Notes under the pieces: generated by a model | Seen by the model: only the letters and a program-made list of their open reading frames with translations | Databases searched by the model: none | Told to the model about the DNA's origin: nothing | Shown: piece by piece, positions 47,855-57,168 of the stretch | Position numbering within the stretch: the stretch's first letter is position 1 | Layout: each line of letters opens with the position of its first letter | Made by a program: the position numbers and the translations under genes | NCBI GenBank assembly: GCA_963666215.2 | Contig: CAXWPL010000004.1 | Coordinates: forward strand, 64,001 to 128,000 | DNA: 64,000 bases | Source of the DNA: Acidobacteriota bacterium | GTDB lineage: Bacteria > Acidobacteriota > UBA890 > WLXD01 | Direction of reading: 5' to 3'

Positions 47855-49959
47855 GGCGAAGCCCTTCCCGTCAACAGAGCGTCTACGACCCGCGCCCCTT
47901 CGCCCGCCCCGAGCACCACGACTGGGTTGAGGTCGAGCTCCCACTCGCCCGCAGCGGAAGCCGCGAGCTCAGACACGCTCACGATCAGTGAAACCAGGGC
48001 ATCGAGATCCGCGGGGCCGCGGCCCCGCACGCCGCGCAGCAGCGCCATTGATCGCAGCTCAGACACCATGGCCTCGGCCTCCTGCCGATCGACCGGCACC
48101 AAGCGCATCGCGGTATCTCGAAGCACCTCGACGAGAACGCCGCCGGCACCCACGGTGATCATCGGCCCAAACTCCGAGGGGACAACTCCAATGAGCATCT
48201 CGACGCCGCCCGACACCTGCTCTTGCACCAGCACCCCGCTGATGCGAGCGCCGGGCACGAGCGCGCGGACCGACGCCACCACATCGCCATAAGCCGTGGC
48301 CACGTCGTCGGGGCCATGCAGGTCGAGAGTAACGCCGCCCACCTCGGTCTTGTGCAGGATGTCCGGAGACTCGATCTTGAGCGCCACCGGGTAGCCGATG
48401 TCGGCGGCCAGCGCCACGGCGGCTTCGGCCGACTCAGCCAGTCCTTCTCTCGTCACCGGTAGGCCGTGTTGCCCCAGAATCTCCTTTGCGACTCGCTCGC
48501 TGAGCGACTCCCCCGGCGCCGGGAATCCGGCCGGCGGCTCGCCGGCAGCCGCAGTGTGCTCGCCGGTTCCTGAACCGTCGCGCACCCGCTGGAAGTGAAC
48601 GAGTGCAGCGATCGCCCGTACCGCCTGCACCGAGGTCTCGAAAACCGGGATGCCGGCCGCGAGCAGGCTCGGCCGTGCCTCGGGAGCTAGCGAGTCGGCG
48701 CCGGTCTTGGAGAACAGCACCGGCTTGTCGGTTTCGGCGGCGGTCTGCAGCACATCCTCCACAACACGCAGCGCCGAGTCTCCCGTGAGCACACAAACGG
48801 AGCACAGCAACAGGTCGACTCCCGGGTCAGCCGCCATCAAACCGATGCAGCGGCGAAACAGCTCGCGGTCGGCGATGACCTGGGCGGTCACATCCACCGG
48901 GTTGAGGACGGAGCCGAACCAGGGAACGATCTCCTGCAGTTGCGCCCGCGTGTCGTCACCGAGTACGGCGACCTCGAGTCCGAAGTCGGCGCACGCGTCG
49001 GCTGCCATGACACCGGCGCCTCCCGAGGTCGTCAGGATGCCGACCCGGTTGCCCTTCGGCCGGCGTGGCTGCCGCAGCGTCGCCGCAACATCGAGCAGAT
49101 GGTCGACGTCGTCGACACGGACGATGCCCAGCTGTCGACAGACCGCGGAGAGAACCTCGTCGTCGCCGGCAAGGGCCGCGGTATGCGATGCCGCCGCGCG
49201 ACTTCCCACCTCGGAGCGACCAACCTTGAGCATGACGATAGGCTTGTCGCGCTGCAGCGCCAGTCGCGCCAGCGCGGGCCACTCGTCTGCCTTCTGCAAG
49301 CCCTCGCTGTACACCAGCACAACACGGGTGACGTCGTCGAGCAGCAGGTCACGAACCGCTTCGAGCGAGCTGAACGCCGCCTCGTTGCCGGTGTTGAGGA
49401 CGCGGCTGAATCGCAGGCCGCGATCCAGTGCCAGGCTGACGATCCCGTACCCGAGGGCGCCAGACTGCGACACCAGACCGATCTCGCCGGGCCGCCATTC
49501 GGCCTTCGCGAACAGCGGGCTGAAGCCGGCGACAAGGTTGAAGTGCGGGTTGACGAGACCAATGCAGTTGGGCCCGATGAGCCGTAGCCCCCCGGCCTCG
49601 GCCAGGCCGATCAGCTCGCGCTGACGGCGCTCGCCCTCGGCGCCCGACTCGGCGAATCCGGAGGCGAGCACCACAGCAAACCCGACGTTCTTCGCGGCGC
49701 ACTCTTCGATGACCCCTGGCACGTGGTCGGCACCGACCATGACCAGAGCCAGATCGACCGGTCCGGGACAATCGGCCACCGACGGATAGCAGCGATAGCC
49801 CAGCACCTCCTCGGCCCGCGGATTGACGGGGAGAATGTCGCCGCCATAGCCGTTGTCACGCAGGTAGCGCACCGGCGCCTGACCCATCGAGCCGGCGCGG
49901 CCCGACGCGCCGATCACCGCCACACCGCGAGGCTCCCAGAGACGTCGCAGACCGCTCAC
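47851..49959 (-). CDS. ADP-forming acyl-CoA synthetase (acetate-CoA ligase family, fused)
   Basis: VAVIGAS, GPNCIG, SQSGA, ASHTAAL, HKTEVGGV, LDLNP. Confidence 0.9.
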   Translation of the reverse strand: MSGLRRLWEPRGVAVIGASGRAGSMGQAPVRYLRDNGYGGDILPVNPRAEEVLGYRCYPSVADCPGPVDLALVMVGADHVPGVIEECAAKNVGFAVVLASGFAESGAEGERRQRELIGLAEAGGLRLIGPNCIGLVNPHFNLVAGFSPLFAKAEWRPGEIGLVSQSGALGYGIVSLALDRGLRFSRVLNTGNEAAFSSLEAVRDLLLDDVTRVVLVYSEGLQKADEWPALARLALQRDKPIVMLKVGRSEVGSRAAASHTAALAGDDEVLSAVCRQLGIVRVDDVDHLLDVAATLRQPRRPKGNRVGILTTSGGAGVMAADACADFGLEVAVLGDDTRAQLQEIVPWFGSVLNPVDVTAQVIADRELFRRCIGLMAADPGVDLLLCSVCVLTGDSALRVVEDVLQTAAETDKPVLFSKTGADSLAPEARPSLLAAGIPVFETSVQAVRAIAALVHFQRVRDGSGTGEHTAAAGEPPAGFPAPGESLSERVAKEILGQHGLPVTREGLAESAEAAVALAADIGYPVALKIESPDILHKTEVGGVTLDLHGPDDVATAYGDVVASVRALVPGARISGVLVQEQVSGGVEMLIGVVPSEFGPMITVGAGGVLVEVLRDTAMRLVPVDRQEAEAMVSELRSMALLRGVRGRGPADLDALVSLIVSVSELAASAAGEWELDLNPVVVLGAGEGARVVDALLTGRASP

Positions 49960-50495
49960 CCGGAGATTTCCGGCGCTTGGGGCGCTTCAGGCCCCGTGCG
50001 AGCCGCGTCGTCGTTGCCGTCAGCCGCCGCCCGCGCCTCGGGCCCCGCCCCAGGAGCAGCGTCGTCGTTCGTGTGCGCCGCGGCCGGCGCCTGAGGACTG
50101 AACTTGAACCCATAACGCACGACACCTTCTTCGTCGTACAGACGACGCACCTGCGCTCTGACTGGCGTGCCTATGGTCGGCTCTCCGATGCCGTCCGTCA
50201 GCTGAGCCGTGATCTTGGGTCCCTCCGCCAGCTCGACAATCGCAACGTGGTAGCCGCCCTGACGGCGGGCCTGCTCGGCGAATTCCGGAGGCGCCCCGGC
50301 GGGAGTGATGCGCGTCACTGCCAGGATCTCCCCACGCCCGGAAAGCACCATGGCCTGCAGCACGCCGCCGCAATCCCGGCAGCCGCCAACAGGGGGAAAG
50401 AAGACCCTCTCGCAGCCTGTGCAACGCCGGCCCTCGAGGCAGAGGCGCTGCGACAGGCTGCGTCGATACATGGGAACGGAGACATGGGCGCCCAC
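49956..50495 (-). CDS. DUF35 Zn-ribbon/OB-fold protein
   Basis: CTGC..FFPP..CRDC, IVELAEG.KITAQLTD, YGFKF. Confidence 0.9.
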   Translation of the reverse strand: MGAHVSVPMYRRSLSQRLCLEGRRCTGCERVFFPPVGGCRDCGGVLQAMVLSGRGEILAVTRITPAGAPPEFAEQARRQGGYHVAIVELAEGPKITAQLTDGIGEPTIGTPVRAQVRRLYDEEGVVRYGFKFSPQAPAAAHTNDDAAPGAGPEARAAADGNDDAARTGPEAPQAPEISG

Positions 50496-50497
50496 GA

Positions 50498-51502
50498 TCA
50501 GATCTCTCCGCGGAGCTTCAAGTAGGTCAGGTAGTCAACATCGGTGGCCGCGGCGAGGGAGCGCGCCAGCACCCCCTGACCCGACTCCGGGCCGGCGACC
50601 AGGCTAATCGCGTCGGCCGCCGAACCACTGCCGTGGCCGAGCAGGAGGATCCGATCCCCGGGATGGGCGGCATCGAGAGCCGCAACCAACTCCAGGAGCG
50701 GCTGCGCGGCGCCGACGTTGGCGGTTTCGGGGAAGGCACGCGCCGGCCGCCACTGGTCGTCCCGCAGCTCGAGGGCGCGAGCCGCTGCACTCGCGAGTCG
50801 GGGATGCGGAGCGTTCATCGCCACGAAGCGGTACTCGGCAAGCTCGCGGCCCAACACCCGCAGCAGCCCGGCGGTCGCCCCACCCATAGCGGCCGTATAG
50901 GCATCCGCGGCGTAGTCCGGCACCTGCACATCGCGCCGGCGCTCGTCGTCTGCCCGGGTGAAATCGAGCCCGGGATCCTCGGCCACGAAACTGGAGACCG
51001 CCTCGACGGAGGCGACGGCACCGTTCTCTTGAAGCACGAATGCCGCGGCGCCCGCTCCCATGAGCGCGTCGCTGCCGGCACGCGCCGATCCGCTAGCGAC
51101 CTCCGAGGCCACGACCAGGGCCACGCCGCCCGCGGCGTGTTGGGGCGCCGGCGAGCCCGCCACCGCGAGCGCCGAGATGAAGGCCTCGGTGCCCGCGCGG
51201 TCGGAAGTCGTGCACTCGACGGTGAACGGGCTGCTGCCAAGGCGGAGCGCGTGCGCCAGCAGCCCCGCCTGGACCTTGTGACGATAGGGAAGGCTGGTGG
51301 AAGCCAGTGCCAGGACGTGCACTGGCGGAGCGGCAATGTCTGCCGCCGACGCCACTGCGAGGGTGAGCGCATCCTCGTCGAGCCCAGCCACGCGCTTGCC
51401 CTTCAATCCGGGAATCGCGGGCCCCCAGGCGCGAGACAGCTCCTCGGCAGAAAGTCGGTGAACCGGGAAGCGACAACCGTAGGCCGCGATGCCGAGAACC
51501 AT
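50498..51502 (-). CDS. HMG-CoA synthase-like protein, probably non-catalytic (PhlA-like)
   Basis: GIAAYG, DEDALTLAV, GAGAAAF, GDRILL..GSGSAADA, YL.YLK.RG; catalytic Cys position reads SDRAG. Confidence 0.8.
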   Translation of the reverse strand: MVLGIAAYGCRFPVHRLSAEELSRAWGPAIPGLKGKRVAGLDEDALTLAVASAADIAAPPVHVLALASTSLPYRHKVQAGLLAHALRLGSSPFTVECTTSDRAGTEAFISALAVAGSPAPQHAAGGVALVVASEVASGSARAGSDALMGAGAAAFVLQENGAVASVEAVSSFVAEDPGLDFTRADDERRRDVQVPDYAADAYTAAMGGATAGLLRVLGRELAEYRFVAMNAPHPRLASAAARALELRDDQWRPARAFPETANVGAAQPLLELVAALDAAHPGDRILLLGHGSGSAADAISLVAGPESGQGVLARSLAAATDVDYLTYLKLRGEI

Positions 51503-52726
51503 CTATGCGCCTCCGAGCCGCGAGGAAGACTGAAACACGTGCACCGTCGCCGACGCCCCGCTGCCTCCCATGTTGTAGGCGAGGCCGGTCCGGGCGCCTT
51601 CTACCTGACGGTCCGCCAGACTTGCCGTCCCCCGCAACTGATCGAACATCTCCACCGCCTGTCCGATGCCGGTCGCGCCGATGGGGTGCCCCTTGGCCTT
51701 GAGGCCGCCCGAGGTGTTGACCGGCAGCCGTCCACCCAGATCGAACTCACCGGCGGCCAGCCGTCGACCGGCCTCCCGGATATCGCACAACCCGAGCTCG
51801 TGGTAGGCAACGAGCTCGGCCACGGTGAAGCAGTCGTGCACTTCGATGAGGTCCAGGTCGCCGGGGCTCAGCTCGGCCATCGCCAGCGCTTGTTTTGCCG
51901 CCCGGCCCGCGGCCTCGAGCCGCGTTATGTCGTCGCGGCCGTGAAGCGCCAGGGTGTCGCTGGCCGCCCCCCATCCGGTAATCCACACCGGATGGTCGGA
52001 GAAGCGCGACGCCAGCTCGGCGCTGACGACGAGCACACACGCCGCGCCGTCGGTCGTCGGGCAACAATCGAAACCGGTTAATGGAGCTGCCACCATCGGG
52101 GCGCCGAGAACCTGCTCCAGGGTCAGCGGCCGGCGCAGCATGGCATGGGGATTCAGCGATGCGTGGCGGTGGTTCTTCACGGCCACTCGCGCCATGTCCT
52201 CGCGGGTGATCGCTCCGATGTGAATCAGCCGCGCCGCCATCAACCCGAAGATCCCGGCAAAGGTGAGCCCCGCCAGACGCTCGTACTCGGTGTCACCCGA
52301 GATGCCCAGCCAGTAGCGGCCCTTCTCGCCGGAGACATCGCGCATCTTCTCGACCCCGGCCGCCAGCACGCAGGAGTACTGCCCCGAAGCCACCGCCTGC
52401 ACGGCCTGCAGCAGGGCGTAGCCACCGGACGCGCAGGCGCTCTCGACATGCAACGCCGGAACCGGCGGTAGCCCGGCGTAGTCCAGCAGCGCCGGCGCGA
52501 AGTTACCGAGCTGCATGCCCTGGCCGCACGCCAGGCTGCCGATGAACGCAGCTTCGATACGGTCGCGCTCCAACCCGCGGTCCACCGTGCCAACCATGTC
52601 GTCGAGGGCGGCTTGAAACAGCTCCTTGACGCCGAGATCGGGGTGCTTACCGAAGGCCGTTTGCCCTGCCCCGACGAGCGCAACGCGCAATGCCCCAGCC
52701 CCTTCCGACGATCCGGTGGATTTCAA
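51503..52726 (-). CDS. Thiolase (archaeal/SCP2-type)
   Basis: ESACASG, GVEKM, DGAAC, EVHDCF, KGHPIGATG, NMGG. Confidence 0.9.
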   Translation of the reverse strand: MKSTGSSEGAGALRVALVGAGQTAFGKHPDLGVKELFQAALDDMVGTVDRGLERDRIEAAFIGSLACGQGMQLGNFAPALLDYAGLPPVPALHVESACASGGYALLQAVQAVASGQYSCVLAAGVEKMRDVSGEKGRYWLGISGDTEYERLAGLTFAGIFGLMAARLIHIGAITREDMARVAVKNHRHASLNPHAMLRRPLTLEQVLGAPMVAAPLTGFDCCPTTDGAACVLVVSAELASRFSDHPVWITGWGAASDTLALHGRDDITRLEAAGRAAKQALAMAELSPGDLDLIEVHDCFTVAELVAYHELGLCDIREAGRRLAAGEFDLGGRLPVNTSGGLKAKGHPIGATGIGQAVEMFDQLRGTASLADRQVEGARTGLAYNMGGSGASATVHVFQSSSRLGGA

Positions 52727-53002
52727 CGAGTTCTACTAACCAGTCAACTTATGAAGGCGACGACGGTCGCGAACTCTGCGGTTCGAGACGCTCTACAACA
52801 AGCAGGCCGGGATAGTAAGTGGCTTGATCGTAATGACTTGGGGGAGTCTTTCCAAGCTTCGCAACTGCTTTCTGGACCTCCGCGCCCAGAAGTTGGATAC
52901 TTACCCGCGAGTTGATCCATTGGCAACATCCAGTTTCCGCCCCTCACCCCTGCCGACTCGAACCGCTTCGAGTCGGCAGGGACAGCCGGACAGGCCAACA
53001 AC

Positions 53003-53122
53003 ATGACCCCCTTGCCCCACTGGATTTTCCTGTTCGGGACCATGATCGTTTACTTCATCATTGGGTTCGTCGTCTACGCCTTCTACGGTCGTGCAGGCCG
53101 CGGCTCTGGAGGCGACCGATGA
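53003..53122 (+). CDS. 39-aa single-TM symporter accessory protein
   Basis: MTPLPHWIFLFGTMIVYFIIGFVVYAFYGRAGRGSGGDR; ATGA overlap with the symporter start. Confidence 0.7.
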   Translation: MTPLPHWIFLFGTMIVYFIIGFVVYAFYGRAGRGSGGDR

Positions 53123-54612
53123 ACCCCATGCTAGTCGCCTTCGGCCTGTACCTGGCGGCGATCGTTGCAATCGCCGTCTGGCACATGCGGAGCATCCAGT
53201 CGTCCTCCGACTTCTTCCTCGGTGGGCGGGGAATCGGCCCCATCGGCACGGCCATCAGCGCCGCGGCATCTGCCCGCAGTTCCTCTGCCATGGTGGGCCA
53301 GGCCGGTCTGGCGTTCATGGTGGGCTTCCAGGCCGTGTGGATCGTTTTCGCGGCGACGATTCTCGAGTATCTGGCGATGCTCTACCTGCTCGGGCCAAAG
53401 CTGCGACGGTTCTCGAGTCGGCGTGGAGCCATCACCATCCCCGAGTATCTCGAAGAACGGTTCCGCGACAGCAACAACCTGTTGCGCTTGCTGTCGGCGT
53501 TGGCGCTGATCGTATTCATGATGGCGTACATCGCGGCCCAGTACGTGGGCATGAGCTTCGTGGTGTCACAGGTGTTCGACTGGCCGCTGGTGCCCGCCAT
53601 CATTGTCGCCGCGATCATCACCGCCGCCTACACCATGTTCGGAGGCTACAAGGCCGTCGTCTACACCGATGTGATGCAGGGCTGCATGATGGTCCTGGCG
53701 CTCGCCGTTGTGCCTTTCTTGGCCTGGCGCGCCGCCGGCGGCCTCGAGAACGTCGTGTCCGAGCTCAACGTGATTGGTGGCCCCGGTCTCTCGGGCATCA
53801 TCGGAAGCAACGGCTGGCCCTTCGCCATCGGGATGCTCTTCGCCGGTCTCGGTGCTTTCGGCAACCCCCATATCGTCGTGCGCTACATGAGCATCAGGTC
53901 GGTGCGCGACTTCCGACTCGCAGCACTGGTGAATCTGATCTTCAACATCATCATCGGCTGGGGTGGCATCATCCTGGGGCTCGCCGGCAGGGTGCTGTAT
54001 CGCGACGTCACGAGCCTACCTTTCGAGAATCAGGAGATGGTCTTCTTCAGTATCAGTCGCGACATGATCCCGTCGGCTTTCCTGCTGGGGGTGATCTGGG
54101 CCGGCGTCTTCGCCGCCATGATGTCCTCGGCAGACTCCATGATCATGGTCGTCACGTCCTCAGTGAGCCGCGACATCTATAAGAAGATCCTGAAGGCCGG
54201 CGTGGAGATCAAAGAGAGCACCGAGTTGACTATCGATCGCGTCACCGTGGCGCTGGTCGTGCTCGTCTGCCTGTTCCTCACCTTCTTCCTCGAGAAATCC
54301 GCCCTGGCCATCGCGTTGTTCGCCTGGGGCGGCCTGGGAGGCGCCCTGGGCCCGGTGATCCTGCTCTCGCTCTGGTGGCCACGGATGACCAAGTGGGGTG
54401 CGGTGGCCGGCCTGGTGGGTGGCATCGGCATGGCGGTGTTCTGGCGATTCACGCCGGCGCTCACCGCCATCGTCAGCTACGAGGCTCTGCCGGCGTTCCT
54501 GTTCGCCACCGCCGCCGCTTGGCTCACCAGCCTGGCCACCGAGCCGCCAGACGATCCAACGCTCGAAGAAGACCTGGCGTTCCCCGATTGGGACGACATG
54601 GAGCTGCGCTAG
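53119..54612 (+). CDS. Sodium:solute symporter (PutP-like)
   Basis: DFFLGGR, ITIPEYLEERF, YT..GG.KAV.YTD..QG, GNPHI..RYM, AAMMSSADS. Confidence 0.92.
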   Translation: MNPMLVAFGLYLAAIVAIAVWHMRSIQSSSDFFLGGRGIGPIGTAISAAASARSSSAMVGQAGLAFMVGFQAVWIVFAATILEYLAMLYLLGPKLRRFSSRRGAITIPEYLEERFRDSNNLLRLLSALALIVFMMAYIAAQYVGMSFVVSQVFDWPLVPAIIVAAIITAAYTMFGGYKAVVYTDVMQGCMMVLALAVVPFLAWRAAGGLENVVSELNVIGGPGLSGIIGSNGWPFAIGMLFAGLGAFGNPHIVVRYMSIRSVRDFRLAALVNLIFNIIIGWGGIILGLAGRVLYRDVTSLPFENQEMVFFSISRDMIPSAFLLGVIWAGVFAAMMSSADSMIMVVTSSVSRDIYKKILKAGVEIKESTELTIDRVTVALVVLVCLFLTFFLEKSALAIALFAWGGLGGALGPVILLSLWWPRMTKWGAVAGLVGGIGMAVFWRFTPALTAIVSYEALPAFLFATAAAWLTSLATEPPDDPTLEEDLAFPDWDDMELR

Positions 54613-54649
54613 TGTTCACGGCAGCAGCCGGGCACGCCGCGGCAAACAG

Positions 54650-55657
54650 ATGACGTACGGCGAGATCTGGGAGCGCGGCATGGCTCGCCTCGAGGAGATG
54701 GGGCGGGCTAACGACCTCGACCTGGCGTGCGAGACCAGGTCGTCCACCTCTCTCAATCGCAAGTACCTCGACTCGATAGCGATCGAGATGCGGTTGCTGA
54801 AGGCCGTCGTCGCCGACACCACGACGCAGCTCTTTGGCACACAGCTGCAGTCGCCGGTAATCGGCGCCCCGTTGGGCTTCGGCCGCGTTTTAGGACAGCT
54901 CGCCGAGCACGGTCCCCAGTACGGCACGGGCTACCTCGAGCCCATCGCCGCCGGGCTGGCCGACGCCGGCTCCATGATGGGCGTCGGCGTGGCGCCTGCC
55001 GAGCAGTTGCAAAGCGTGCTCGACGTCGGAGCCCCAACCTACGTCATCGTCAAGCCGTACCGGGAGCGCGAGCGGATCCTCAGCAAGATCCGCGACGCCG
55101 AGGCGCGCGGTGTGGTCGCCGTGGGCATCGATATCGACGCTGGCTACGGCGTTCGCACTCGTTACGAACCGGTGGGAGAGACGTACAACGCCCCGCTCAG
55201 CCCCGCGGAGCTGGCCGAGGTTCGCGCCAGCACCAAGCTCCCCTTCATCCTCAAGGGAATCCTGTCGGTCAGCGACGCCAGGGCCGCCGTCGACGCCGGG
55301 GTCGACACCATCGTCGTCTGCAACCACGGCGGCGAGATCATCGACTACGCCGTGCCTCCTCTCAAGGTGCTGCCCGACATCGTCGAGGCGCTGGCGGACT
55401 CGAAGATCACGATCCTGGTGGGCTCGGGACTGCAGACGGGCACCGACGTCCTCAAGGCTCTGGCACTCGGCGCCGACGCCGTCATGCTGGGGACTCCGCT
55501 CATCGTCGGCCTGGCGGCCGCTGGCGCCGACGGGGTTGCGGCGCTGGTGCGGGGCCTGAGCGACGAGCTTCGGCGCAATCTGTCGATCGTGGGCGCGGCG
55601 ACTCCGAGCGACGTCGACCGCTCCATCCTCCATTTCCCCTTCCTCGGCGGCTCGTGA
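54650..55657 (+). CDS. FMN-dependent alpha-hydroxy acid oxidase-like protein
   Basis: LPFILKGILS..DA, CNHGG, DVLKALALGADAV. Confidence 0.85.
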   Translation: MTYGEIWERGMARLEEMGRANDLDLACETRSSTSLNRKYLDSIAIEMRLLKAVVADTTTQLFGTQLQSPVIGAPLGFGRVLGQLAEHGPQYGTGYLEPIAAGLADAGSMMGVGVAPAEQLQSVLDVGAPTYVIVKPYRERERILSKIRDAEARGVVAVGIDIDAGYGVRTRYEPVGETYNAPLSPAELAEVRASTKLPFILKGILSVSDARAAVDAGVDTIVVCNHGGEIIDYAVPPLKVLPDIVEALADSKITILVGSGLQTGTDVLKALALGADAVMLGTPLIVGLAAAGADGVAALVRGLSDELRRNLSIVGAATPSDVDRSILHFPFLGGS

Positions 55658-55691
55658 TGCGGCGGCCCGGGCAACACGCCGCGGGTTCGTC

Positions 55692-57056
55692 GTGCTGACA
55701 CCTCGCGTGCTGCAGGCGCTGGCAGACTCGTGGCCAAATTCCCGCGAGGGCTACGACCGTGCGTCGCGAGTCATCCCGTCGGGCACGGTGAGCCGCGCCC
55801 GCATTCTGGACCCGTTCCCGTTCCTCACCGCGCGGGCCGCTGGTGCACGTGTTGTCGACGTGGACGGCAACGAGTACATCGACTGCGCGATGGGGTTCGG
55901 CTGCCACCTGCTCGGCCACGCGCATCCCGTGGTGGTCGAGGCAATCCGCGAATCGGTGCTCGAGGGCACCGGCTACGGCACCCCCCATCCGCGCGAGGCC
56001 CGTCTCGCGGAGCTCCTGGTAGACAGCATTGCGTGCGCCGACAAGGTGACCTTCGCTAACTCGGGATCTGAGGCCACGCTCAATGCCATCCGAATCGCCA
56101 GAGGTTTCACCGGCAAGTCGGGCATTGCCAAGTTCGAGGGTGGGTACCACGGTTGGTACGACGCGGTGCTCGGCAGCGTGTACCACGACCCGGCGGCCAG
56201 CGGCGCCATCGACGAGCCGGCGTTCTTCTCGCACTCCATCGGCGTCCCCGCCGAAAACCTGGCTCACACGTACGCCCTTCCGTTCAACCATGAGGCTGCC
56301 TTCGAGCGCATCCGTAGCCTCTCGGACAAGCTCGCGGTGGTTCTGGTGGAGGCCGTTCAGGGAGCTGGCGGAGCCATCCCAGCGGATCGCGCATGGCTGC
56401 ACGGGTTGCGCAGAGTTTGTAGCGAGTGCGGCGTCCTGCTGCTCATCGACGAGGTCATTACCGGCTATCGCCTGGCGCGTGGCGGCGCCCAGGAAACCTA
56501 TGGCGTCGAGGCAGACTTGGCGACCTACAGCAAGGTGGTGGGCGCCGGGTTGCCGATTGGCATCATCGCCGGCACCGAATCGGTCATGGGAATGCTCGGG
56601 ACCACCGGAGACCCGGCTCGCGATCTACGCGACAAGGTCTACTACGGCGGCACCTTCAACGGCTCCGTGCCCGTCATGGCGGTGGGAATCGCGGTCCTCG
56701 AGTACCTGGAGGAGCACCCGGAGGTGTATGGGCGACTCAACGATCTCGGGGCAACCCTACGCCAGGGCCTCACCGAGATGATCGCGGCTGGCGGCTATCC
56801 AGCCACCGTTCTCGGAACCGGCTCGATGTTCATGCTCCGGTTCATAGAACATCCGGTGCATAGCTGCAGGGACCTGAGCGGCGAGAACGGCGGCGCCTAT
56901 CGCGAGCTTTTCCCGCGGCTGCTGCAGCAGGGTGTGTTCATGGCGCGGACACATTTCGGGCTGCTCTCCACCGCCCACACGGACGACGACGTGAGCCGCA
57001 TCGTCGAGGCACATGCCGCCGCGCTAGCTGGCATGCGGAAGGACGGAGTGCTCTAA
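55692..57056 (+). CDS. Class III PLP aminotransferase (glutamate-1-semialdehyde aminomutase-like)
   Basis: DVDGNEYID, NSGSEA, FEGGYHG, DEVITGYR, SKVVGAGLPIG, GTFNG. Confidence 0.88.
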   Translation: MLTPRVLQALADSWPNSREGYDRASRVIPSGTVSRARILDPFPFLTARAAGARVVDVDGNEYIDCAMGFGCHLLGHAHPVVVEAIRESVLEGTGYGTPHPREARLAELLVDSIACADKVTFANSGSEATLNAIRIARGFTGKSGIAKFEGGYHGWYDAVLGSVYHDPAASGAIDEPAFFSHSIGVPAENLAHTYALPFNHEAAFERIRSLSDKLAVVLVEAVQGAGGAIPADRAWLHGLRRVCSECGVLLLIDEVITGYRLARGGAQETYGVEADLATYSKVVGAGLPIGIIAGTESVMGMLGTTGDPARDLRDKVYYGGTFNGSVPVMAVGIAVLEYLEEHPEVYGRLNDLGATLRQGLTEMIAAGGYPATVLGTGSMFMLRFIEHPVHSCRDLSGENGGAYRELFPRLLQQGVFMARTHFGLLSTAHTDDDVSRIVEAHAAALAGMRKDGVL

Positions 57057-57168
57057 GGGAGTGCTCTAACAGTCCACGTCGACGAGCCGGCGGGGCGGCG
57101 GGCAGCGGGGCGGCGGGCACGGAGACATCGTACCGAGCACATGATCAGACTGTCGAGGAGGGAATGGA

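Noticed and set aside
50498-52726. Mevalonate pathway assignment
   Set aside because: HMGS-like protein appears to lack the catalytic Cys/His, and no HMG-CoA reductase or kinases are in the window
52727-53002. Cobalamin riboswitch or operator in the divergent intergenic region
   Set aside because: No B12-box or convincing palindrome seen by eye; an Infernal/Rfam scan would be needed
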